Below, in pieces: positions 26,001-37,363 of a stretch of 64,000 nt of DNA. The first letter of the stretch is position 1, and every line of letters starts with the position of its first letter. The position numbers were made by a program, and so were the translations under genes. Below the pieces are notes generated by a model. The model saw only the letters and a program-made list of their open reading frames with translations, searched no databases and was not told the origin of the DNA. Location: contig MU057102.1 of NCBI GenBank assembly GCA_013239625.1, positions 3,159,713-3,223,712 of the forward strand, in the 5' to 3' direction. The stretch comes from Lama guanicoe. Its lineage: Eukaryota.

Positions 26001-29000
26001 ACGTGCTGTTGGTTCATCCCCAGGTAGAAGGCCAGGTGGGCAGCACAGCTGGTGACCACAGTGGAAGGTAGAGGCCCAAGGGCAGGGTACTGGGGTGCCC
26101 AGCGGCAGCCTGAGTGCAGGAGGAGCGCCCAGCCCACAGGTCCTCCCTGTGCCTGGAGCCCTAGGGCCTTGAGCACGTGCTCACGGACTTTCACACCAGC
26201 CTGCTCGTGTGCATGTGTGTGTGTGCTGGCCTCACGGTGCCCCCAGGAGCAGCCTGTGCCCAAGCCCCCAGCAGTATTGCCAACAGGTACCCCCCACAAC
26301 CTGCCACGGGCCCAGGGCGCCCACACCGCAGACCAGCTCTGCAAGCTCCCGCTGCCAGTGCCGCCTGCCTGCCCGAGCAGAGGGCCAGGCCAGGCCTGGG
26401 AAACTGGGTCAGGGCAAGGCTGGGCAGGCTCCCCACGCCCACCCGAGCACGCACCCAGCAAGGGCAGGGGCTTCAGATCCCAGCACACCCTGGGCCCAGG
26501 CCCAGCCTGGTGCACGTGTGTCCACACGCATGTGTGTGTCCTGAGGCTGTGAACTGGTCGGAGGCCTCAGCTGACTGCTCAGTGCTCTGGGCGGCCCCGG
26601 ACCCACTGGCCCCTGGCCTGGCTGAGGGCAACCTTTGGCCAATGCAGGCTCCAGGCTAGCCCACCAAAGCTGGCCGACTCTGGCCAACTCAGAAAAGGCC
26701 TCCCTCCCCTGGCTCCTTGGCCCTTCGGGGCTGAGGAGATGAATGGTCTTAGGTAGACAGACAAGGAATGCGCTCAGCTTCAGAGAGGGCAGTGGCCTAC
26801 CCTGGGGCACACAACAAATCCAGAAGGGCTGTCCTCCCATGCTTGTGGCTATGACCTCCTGGTGCCTGGAGTGCCTCCCTTAGCTGCCCTCCCAGGCCCC
26901 CACCCTGACTTGCACCAGCCAAGACCCCTCTTCTGACAATTACCCTTGGCGGCATTCCCAGGGGTTCAGCGAGGCCTGCACTCCATGGCCTTGGGGCTCA
27001 AAGCTCATCCTCCTGGGGAGGGGGTGCTGCAGGCGCAGCACACAGGGCCCAGCCTCGGGTGGGTGAAGGGTCCTGGGTCTCAGCCCACAGAGGGAGAAGC
27101 TGTAGCTGCCCCTCGCTGGGTGACGCCTCTGCTCCCTGACTCCTCTGCAGGCCACTTTTTGCCCCTACAGCCAAGTGTGGCTGGTGAACAGACTTCACCG
27201 TGACTCCCAGGAGAGCGGCTGCCCTCATAACCCACGGGGTTGGGCCCAGCCCTGTACCTGGTCTGGCCCTCCCGTTTCACTCCCCCTTGCTACATCTCCC
27301 CGCTGAGAGTGGAGAATGCATCATGCCTTCAAAACCAGGAGCTGGTACAGCCTGGAGGATCCCCTCATTCCCATGCCCCTATCCCTGCACCAACCCTGTC
27401 CAGCCTTGGGCATCCACGCTCACTGTCAGCAGGGCTCACAGGGGGGTGGCAGGTCCGCCACCCAGCCCAGCTCACAGGCTGACCTGTCCAGGCTCCCTGT
27501 GACTCTGCAGGACCCCACACTCTCAGGAGGCCCCTGATCCTGGCATCGAAGGACGGGAAGGGCTCAGTGTGGCACCCCACTCCTTCCCCTCAGATGTGCT
27601 CACACGCGCACACACGTGGGCATAGGTGCTCACACACACGCACCTGGCCCAGACACTGCGTGCTCCTCGTAAATTGCTTAAAGGATTCCAGGCTGCTTGC
27701 TGCTGTGAGCTCACAGAACTGGTAGTGCCAGAAATCCAGCTTGCTGGGCAGGTGGAGACTCGACAGGGCCAGCCCGCTCCCCGGGGCCTCCCTGCTCAGT
27801 GCTGCCCCCACCCCGGAAGATGACCCTCAGGTGCGAGGAGTAGACACAGGACCACCTGACCCCCCGCAGACCTCTGAGTGTTGCGGTGCCCTGGCCCTAC
27901 CCCGGCCCTCAGCATCGCCACCCCTGATCACTCTCAGCCCACACACAGCCCTGCCCTCCCCATCTCAGAGCTAGTCCCAGTAATGCTGGCACTTGGTGAG
28001 TGGTCTCAGGCATGTTTATGAAGTGGGGACAGCAAAGGTGCCACCGTGGAGCCAGGTGACTCGACCTGCAGGGGACGGGCTGGTGTCAGACCCTTTCTGC
28101 ACCTCCTGTAGTTCAGCCTTGGGAGATCGCCCCCATGAGGTCCAGCCCCACACACTGTCTTCTGCTGGAGGCGGGCTCATCCAGAATGGAGTGTGCCTTC
28201 GCCACCCGCTAGCTGACACAGAGGCCCGGCCGACAAGAATCAGGGAAGGCGCCTTGGGATGGAGACTGTGGTCTCAGAGGTGTGCCTTTGTGACCCTCGG
28301 GGTGGCAGTTATATGCCACACGTGCCACCATGTGCCAGCCTGTGCCCTGGCAGACATTATCAGTCGACTGCAGCACCATCTCTCCCGCTGTGGCTGGGGT
28401 CCTGGCCTCTATTCTTCTCACACGGCAGACCCCACCCGTGGACTGGAACCTGGAGGCCGAGTCTGGATCCGTGTCTCAGCCCTGAAGAGGGTCTGTTCTG
28501 TGACAGGGATCTCAGCCAGTCCCTCCTCCACCTGCCCCACCCTACTTCTGCTCCCAGGTCTTTAGTGCTGCTCCCAGGCATGCTGTCCTCAATCCCAAAC
28601 TACTGGGACCCCGTTACCCAAGGAGGGCCCCAAGGTGCTGGGGGCCGGAGGCTGGCTGTGTGTCCTGAGCCCCTGCTCAGCCCGGCTCAGCCTGGAGGTG
28701 CTCAGGGGCTGTCAAAAGGGGTTTCAAGTCAAGATAGAGGACTCAGGCCCCTGCAGTCAGGACCTGCACCCCCAGGAAGGGGCAAAGACTGCTCTGGCTG
28801 TGAGCAGCTGCGAGGCTGTAGGCAGCCGCCTGCCGCAGCAGTGAGCGTGGCCTTGAAGACAGCTGGTTGGGGGCGGGGGAGCAGGGCGCAAGGCTCACTC
28901 TCTGCTTGGGTGGGGCTCCCAGAGCCCCCAGGATGCACATGAGTCCCTGGCTGTGTGTGGCTGCCAGCTGCTGCCGGCAGGAGCTAGGGTCTGCCGGCAA

Positions 29001-32000
29001 GGACACATCTGTCCCGCCAGGTGGGCAGGAGTAGCAGAGCACAACGGCTCATTCACCGTGGCCTGAGCACGGCCGTATTCTCTGGGATGCCTGCCAGGCC
29101 CAGGGCCCACTGAGCACCCAGCCAGCTCCCTCAAAGCCAGGGCCAGCCCTCGGGGAGCACCCAGGCAGGGAGGATCTCAGCTAGTCCCAGGGGACGCCAG
29201 GCTTTGGGACCTCATTCTTGCCACCCTCTTGGGATGCAACACTTCACCAAGCCCAGCACTTGTCATGGACCCTGGTGGCCTTGGCTTGACCCCTCACCCC
29301 TGCTCAGGATGCCCCCTTCACCTGGGAGGCAGCTGAGGGCTTAGGTGAGTCCCCAGGTCCGGGATGAGGGAGGCCACCTGTTCAGGCCCCCAGCCTAGCT
29401 CGATGGCCAGTCCTGACGAAGACGGGACTGCAAGTCCAGGTGGGGGCTCTGCTGGGGCTGGGGGAAGTTGGGTGCCAGGCATGTCTGGGCCTTGGGGCTG
29501 AGAGAGAAGGAAAGTACATCCCGGGGACACAGGCACCAGGCATGTCTGCTATGCAGGTTTAAAGCTTTAAGCTGCTGAGAAAATGTACCTTTTTCACACT
29601 GAATTTACTTAGGCCAAGAAAAGAAAAATACTCCTGAACATGTGGAGGGAGAGTTACTGCCCTGGAGCCCTTGGCTTTGATCCTGAGCTCCCTGGCAGCC
29701 AGAGCAAAGGGAGAAAGAAGATGCGGCTGTGGGTTTCCATGCCCATGAAAGAGCAATCCCGGGGAGTCTGGCTGGCAAGATGGAGGGCCCTCGGCATTCT
29801 GTAGCCATGTTTCCCCTCCCAGGCCTGAGACCACGTTCCCACCTGCAGGCAGCCCTGCAGGGGACAGCAGTGACCCGACATCAGAAGGGCAGAGCCAATG
29901 TATGGTCACAACCGGCCCAGGCCTGGACCCCAGTGCAGGTGAGGGGGAGCTGAGGGACACTGAGCCGGGTCATCTGGGGCTCAGGGAGCTGCCTCAGGGC
30001 TGGGCATGAGGTCGGGATGGACCTCCTGGATGGGTCCAGCCCTGCTGGCTACTGTCTCTTTCCAGAGCCACCTGCCTTGGACATCTGTACTCCTCCTCAC
30101 CCCTTACCTCGGGTGCTGCCCCCTCAGTCTCTCCTTCCCAGCCGGCCAGGGCTCTGCTGAGTGGCTCCTGGGCTCCGGGCGGAACCGCCGCTCAGCTTGG
30201 GGCTCACAGACAACCTCTCCAACCGCCCTCCACTGGCTGCTCCTCAGACACTCTGAGTCCACCTCTGCCCCGGCCAGGACATTCCTTCCCCTGAATCCTG
30301 TCCCCCCACCTCCCCGCCCCCCCAACTCAGGGCTCTTTCAGTGCCACCCATTCAACAAAGCCCTTCCTACTCACCCTCCACCCCGGGCAAGGGCCTCTGA
30401 CATCTGGCACAGCCTGGACACAGGACCTGAGGGGTGGTCTGGCCTTGCGGGTGTGGCAGGAGGGGAGAGGCTGGCAGTGAGGACCCTGACGCAGCCGAGC
30501 TGAGGACGGGCCTCGGGGTCCCAGGACCTCCTGAGGAGGGCTGGCAGCCTGTCCTCCACCCCTGCTGCCGCCTGCCCGCTGAAGCGTAAAGACGGGGGTC
30601 CGCAGGGGCTTGTTGGGCTCCACAGCCCAGTCTGCTGCCCTGGTTGGCCCTGGGCTTCCCCTCAACAATGAAGCAGGTGAGGGGTCCCCACACCTGTGAA
30701 GCCCGACGGACATCTGGGCTGCCGGGGCAGGAGGAGGGCAGAGGCACCTGCTGCAGGCCTCGGTGCTCTCTGGACCAGGGAGGGCGCCAGGGATGGGCCA
30801 GGCCACCCGCTCCCTTCCACTCCCTGGAACTTCTTGCTCGGAGCCTCAGCTCAGGATTTGGGAATGAGGAGTCACTCATTCATTCTGCACTGTCCCCCAG
30901 GACCTGCTGTGTGCCTGGCACTGCTTGCGGCACTGGGGGCCTGCCCTCCAAGGCTGGACAATCACATTGTGGTCAATTGCAGGGCCAGCCCCTCAGTCGT
31001 GCGGGCAGGGTGGGGCTCCGGCTGCATCACGTGAGGAAGGTGGCCACATGGGGCTGATCGCTGACGCCCTGAGCTGAGGGAGGGGAGCGCCAGGCAGAGG
31101 GACTGACGCAGGGCCAGGGACCCCAGGACCAAGAGGCCCAGTGGTGTAAGGGAGGGGCAGGGCAGGCCTGGGCAGCCAGGGAGCTGGCTTTTTCCCAGCA
31201 AGGTGGCAGCCATGGGAGGGTATGGAGCACAGGAAGGGCCGATCTGACCGATGGGCTCAGGGCAGGCCAGACAGAGGCTGGAGGCCAAAGGGGCTTCCTG
31301 GGGCGTGGGCTTCACTCTGGATGCACTTTGCAGGGGCGAGGCCTCAGCGGCAGGGCTCCTGTCCTGTCTTCAGCTGTGCGGCCCTGGATCAGCCACTGAG
31401 GGTAAGAATGGCTCGGCAGGCCGCTCTGGGGAGCCCCGAGGTGGCAGTCTCTATGGTCAGTGCGGCCAGGGCTTGAGGGGGTGCCTGCCTGAAGCCCTCC
31501 CTGCCACCCTCCCTGAGGGCTCCCTGGAGGAAGCCCAGCCCCAGAGCCGGCGCATCTTACTTGCCTGGGGTTCCTGGACAGCTGTCTGGGGGAGGTGGGC
31601 CCCTGTGCCCCCCGGGGGATACAGCCCTATCTGGCAGGCTGCCCTTCCTGACCAAGGATGCCCCACTCTCTCTGGCCCCCCCCCAGCAGCCCCCCATGCC
31701 CGGGAGACAGGCTGCTGAGCTCATCTTCCCAAGCAGGGCGGAAGGAGGTGTCTGCATAGGGACGCTGTGCTGCCCCGGGCACCATGCCAGACTCTCCAGT
31801 CCCTGGGCTCTCTTCAGGCGGGGCCCCCGGCAGCCAGAGCTTTGGGCCTCCTGGTCACCCTCGTTTCCTGGGCTCAGGCTCACCGGCGTCCTGCCTGACA
31901 TCCTCCCACCCTGGCCGGAGACAAGGTCCTTGGCACGGCCTGGAGGGAGGAGGGGCTGTGCCCAGCCCGAGGACAGCGAGGACTGGGCCCGTCTGGTGAC

Positions 32001-34599
32001 CTTGTCTGGGTGGAGATGAATGCTGGTGGGCACTGCTTAGCCAGCACCTAGCCTTTGGCGGCTCCAGGAGCGGAGGCCAACTCCAAGGAGGGGACAGGAT
32101 GAAGCCCCTGGGAGCCTTGGATTGCCGCATGGGATGGGCCTCAGCTCCCGGGGCCCCAGTGAGGCCAGGACGTGGGCTGCCCGCATGCCCCCTTCACTCT
32201 CCTCTCTGGCAGGGCTGTTGTGAGGGCATTGTGCCTCGTCCAGGGTCCTGGGGATATGGCCAACAGCTCATTTGCGCTGACACCTCGATTCCTCAGACAT
32301 GCATGGACACCGAGTGCCAGGTTCAGGATGGCTGCTGGACGCAGATCACGGGTGGGGTCCCACCTCTGCGGGGTGATAGCATTGGGGGTGATGGACAGGG
32401 CAGGAGGCTGGGCAGGAGGAGAGCAGGTGGCGGGGCGGGTGGCCAGGGAAGGCCTGCCGGGTGCCACAGGGCAGGGTGATGGGGTGGAGACAAGGGCGGG
32501 CCAGAGGAGGCAGGAGTCAGCTGGCCTGGGGATGGAGGAGCGGCCTTCAGTCCCTGAGGCCTGGGGCAGCCCCGAGGCTCGAGGCAGGGCCGTGACATGA
32601 TCTGATTAAGACACAGCCTCTCTGGCTGTGGTGGGGAGGGGCTGAGAAGAAGGCCTCATGGTCAGTGGGTCAGTCGAGGAGACCCAGGCCCGTGTCTTCT
32701 CTGGGCCCAGGAGGGCGTGAGCAGGGTCCCCTCCAGCAGCTGACGTTGGTAACGCTGGGAGGGGGCCGGGACAGAGGAGGGGGATCCCAAGTGGAGGGCG
32801 CTGACGGCTCAATCCCGCCCGTCATCGTTCAATGGCCCCTTGTCCCTGGCCATTGAGCGCTGCGTTCCGGCCCCCTGGCGACTCCCGGCCATTGCCATCT
32901 CCGGGGAGGCAGGAATGTGGCGGGCGGGGCTCAGGCTGGGGGGTGGGGGCTCCTGTTCTCACGCCCGAGGCCACTCAGGCGATTCAATTGGAATTTAAAT
33001 GCTGGCCATTGTTGTCCGCAGAATGGCCAGGAGTCAGCAAGGCCCTGGGGCCTGGAGCGGGCCTGGACTGGAGCAGCAGCCAATTGAGCGGGCCCATCCC
33101 TTCTCTCCTGTAGGCCTGTCTTTTACTCTCTCCTCCAGGCAGCCCTCCTGGACCCCTCTAGCTCTGTCTATCAGCCACCCAGCTCTAGTTCTGTCTGCCA
33201 GGACTGGGAACTGACTGTGCCGTCAACCTTCCTTGAGGAGCCTCGCCCACAGCCTGCTTTCCCTCAGACAGGCTGAGTCAAGCCCCTCTGTGGGATGCAG
33301 GCCTTACCCTTCCTGGGCCCCACTCCAGCAGCATCGTGGGGCCAGGCAGGAGGACCGAGGTGCTCAGGGCCACCCTCTCAGAGTTTGGTGCAGCTTTCTG
33401 TGCATAAATCTACTGGCCAGCCCAGCCACATGTGCCCTGAGTTCTGGATTTATGGGGGTGGGGGGACCCAGGATCAGGGATACAACTCCGGCCTCTCACC
33501 CTGGAAGGCAGCTTGTGGAGGCCTCCAAATCATGAAGCTCAGACCTGCCAAGAAAAGAACAGTCATTCCTCTGGGCTAAGGGTCATCTCCAGGTCCAAGC
33601 TGGGACCCCAGGAAGGTACAGTCAAGGGTGGTACCTGGCTTGCAGGGACACATGGGGGACTATATGCAGGCCTGCAACTCACATCACCCAGAACTGGGGC
33701 CTCCAATCCTGTCCTCCCCACAGAACATACCATATCCAGACCGAGACAGCCCCCAGCCTTTGTGGGAGCCCTCTGTGTGAGACACCACCATTCCTGGCCC
33801 TCATACCCCTAAAGCTTCCCAAATGCTGCTCAAGCCCCCAGCCCATTCTCTGTCCCCAGCCTGGGCTCCCTTGGAGGGCGGGGCAGCTGATGGGGGATGC
33901 TGGCTGCCCCCCAGCCCCTTCCCACCACCTCTTCCTCCGCTGAGACTTCATTCATTTATTTATTTGCTGAACCTCTGACGTCCCTGAAAGGGGCCTTTGT
34001 CTGTGCAGACAATCAATGGCACAAATGGAAATGAAGTTGTGTTTGAGGAAAGTCTAGCGTGTGTTTGCGGGAGGAGTGGTCCACGCCAGGGACGTGGGGG
34101 GGTGGGGCTCACGGCCAGAGCCGAGACTGCTTGGGGGACGAGTGTTCGCACCCCAGGCCTGGCCGTGAGCCCTCAGGGAGCAGCAGACGCCCAAGAGCAG
34201 GGGACACAGACCCAGGGGAGAACAATGGATACCCAAATCCCAGCGCCCATGGCCGCTGAGCTCACTGCAGCCAGCTGGCCTCACTGCAGCTGAGCTGAGA
34301 GTGGGGAAAGGGGGCACTGAGGAAACGGCCTAAGGCCTGGCCTCGACCGACCGCGAGGTGCACAACCCTGGTGTGCAGAGAAGCCGCAAGGACTCTGAGG
34401 CTGGGCCGCTGGCCCATCAGGAACAGGGAGGGGACGGAGGCCAGTTTGTGGGTTACTAGAAAGACTTTTACTGGGGGGAGACAGGAGAACTGGCAGGCTG
34501 GCTAAGGTGGGATACAACCTGATTAAGGTTTCTGAGCTGTTGTATTGGGAGGAGGGGGCTTCCGAGCCGGTGAGGAGGTGAATGCAGGGTCCCAGCAGG

Positions 34600-34725
34600 A
34601 GGGGAAGGAGGCCTGGATCAGGTGGTAGGTCCGGAGGGTGAGACGTGCTCTATTCTGGTGCTTCTTGAAGGCAGAGCCACGTGGACTTGCTGAGAGCATA
34701 ACTGTGGGTGTGAGAGAGACAGAGC
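34600..34725 (-). mobile_element. L2 internal fragment
   Basis: gcctggatcaggtggtag...attctggtgcttcttgaaggcagagccacgtggacttgctga...gtgggtgtgagagagacagag. Confidence 0.6.
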
Positions 34726-37295
34726 ACATTTGGGAGAAAGTGAGGGGTTGGGTCAACCCCCCCATGGGGTGGAGTCTCTCAAGATCAAGACCCACGCCCC
34801 ACACTGTGCCTGCTCACATTCGGGCTGATGTTGGGTGAGGACCTTGGAGGCCACTGGACAAAGCTGGAGCACTGAGGCCACGTACTTCTCGGAGGACTTC
34901 CTGGTGGAGGCGTCTGTGGCTGGATGGAGAAACACAATGGCCAGGCCGGGGTGGGCAGTGTGTTCCCTCCTGGGCATGGCCTGGGTCCTTGGCCTGGGGC
35001 GGGGGTGTGAAAGGGGTGGGAGGGGCCCCCTGCCTGCCTCGGGGTGGCCAGCAACGCTGACCCAGCACTGGCCACCTCGCCCCAGGCGCTGCTCCCGCCT
35101 GCTCCTGCCCCAGACACAAACACAGTCCATTCACGGGCAGAGGCTGGGAGTCAGGAGGCATCAGCGTCAGCCGGCTGGCCTGGGCTGTCTGTCCAGTATC
35201 CACCTGTCAATCTTGTCCATGTCAGCTTCGCTGTGTCCAGCTGGTTCAGGATGGCTGGACTCCAGCAGCGACCTCACCCACTGTGACTGTGTCCTCTAGA
35301 CCCGGGATGGACAGGTTGGCCCAGAAGCCATGGAAAGAGGAGGGTTAAGGGTAGGGAAAGAGCCCTGTCGCCCAGGGCCAGGCGCAGGGCACAGGGGATC
35401 CCGGGTCCTCAGCTAGACCTGCCCCGTAGAGGGGCCATCTCACAGGGGGTCTGACTGCCCAGGGCATGGGAGCTGCTGGAGGCCAGAGGCCTCAGTTAAG
35501 TCCCAAAGGTCAGCTCCCTCGGGGGACAGCCCCCAGTGCTGAGGCTGATGGACTTACCCAAGTACCTGAGGGAGTGAGACGGTGCCCCGGGACCAGGGTG
35601 TCCGGCAGTCTGTTCCCTCTTGAGGCATTTGCTCTCATCTGACACTGCGATGTGCAGTAGCTGTCCCCACCCCGATCATCAGCCCTGTGTCGGTCCCAGA
35701 GCGTGGCTGCTGGCTGTGGCAAAGCCAAGCAGCCCCCGCCTCAGACCCCAGGCTGCGTGGGCAGGGGGAAAGATGGGCACTGTCCCTTGGGTGACCTGCG
35801 TAGAGTCCCAGGCAGCCCCATCCCGCCAAGACCTCTACCCTCCGCAGCCCCCAAGGTCCCACCCCTGGTTGCAGTCTCAGCCCAGCCACTGGACTGGACC
35901 CAGCGATGCCTTCATAAAACCAAAGCCAGGTGGTTTTGATACACTCAGGCTGGTATCTGGGGACAGAGCCCAAGTAGGATGGGGTTCCCCGGGATGCTGG
36001 AGCTGAACCGTGGGCCACGGGTGGGCCCCGCACTTCCCTTCTTCTGGCCTCGGTCTGGGCCTAGAAACGGCTGGCAGCAGCCAGTGGACCCGCAGCTCAA
36101 ACTCAGCGGCCATGTTGAGGCTGCCCTGGGCCCAGGGGGGAGGGTCTGGGAGAACCAGCGGAGCCCAGGGGAGACCTCTGGTCACCTGAGGGGGCAGCAA
36201 CCCCAAAGTCCCAGTGGGTGTGTGGCCCCAGGTGGGGAGATGTTTGGGAGTGGAAAGGAGGCAGTGGAGAGGCTCCGCAAGCAGAAGATGCAGCTGGGGC
36301 GAGGCCAGCAGTGAGAGGCCCAGCCTGACCCCAGCGAGGGCTTTCCCCTCAGCAGCTGGGGGCGCAGGGAAGCCGGGAAGACTCTGACGCACTGCCCAGG
36401 TAGCTGGCAAGGTGGCTGGACCCAGCAGCGAGCAGCAGGGCTGTGGATCTGGGCTGAGCTGAGAGCCACTCTAGAGGAAGGGCAGGGGCCTGGGACTGCC
36501 CGCCCAGGGAGGCTGCACCCGGGGCTGGAGAACGGGCCCAACCCAGGCAGGTCACAAGGCTCCGGGAAAGTGAGCCCCCAGGCCTGGTCCCTCCTCACGC
36601 CTGCCTCACTCTGTCCCTGGGCCACCGCCCCATCTCCCTCACTCAGTCACGGGGGGTCAGAACAGACACATTGCCCACACGCGGGACTCTGAGGTGGGGC
36701 TGCCTTCCCTGGGAGCCCCCATCATGGGCAGTGAGGGCCTGGAAGGGTAGGGTCTGGAGTTGGGGGGCCCTACAGGGGCTTCCCAGGGCAGCCACAGCTG
36801 GGCTGGGGTCTGAGAGAAGAGAACGCGTGTGGCCAGTGAAGGGGCAGTGCCTGGCTGGGTGGCAAGGGTGATACAACCGAGGCCTGGGGCAGAGGCCCAG
36901 CAGGCAGTGTGAAAGCTGGCCCGTCGTGGTCACCCCCTGGGGACAGTCTGGGCCTGGGGTGCCCGAGAGAGGCGGGTGTGAAAGCTGTAAGCCCACACCA
37001 GCATGCCCCACTGTCCCGGGCCCCAAGCCTGACCCAGATCTTGCGGCCATCTGAGCAGGAAAGGAGCTGGGATCTGAGACCGCCCCCCCAACTCAGTACT
37101 GAGAGTGTGGGCCCCTCCATGCAAATGGGAAACCAAGACCTGAGAGCCTCCTCCCCGCTCGCTGCCTCCCACCTCATCCCCCTACTTCCGGTGTGTGGGG
37201 GGTTGGTTCAGGCCCCCTGGACCCAGTCCCTGCCTATATCTGGGACCGATCCACTTGAGAGGGGCCGGGACAAGGGTCCTGCTACTGCAGTCTCG

Positions 37296-37363
37296 GGGGA
37301 CAGCCTGCCAGGTTTGCAGCGGGTGGGGAGGGGACAGCCTGCCAGGTTTGCAGGGGGTGGGGG
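37296..37363. repeat. 34-bp tandem repeat, 2 copies
   Basis: ggggacagcctgccaggtttgcag(c/g)gggtgggg x2. Confidence 0.85.
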
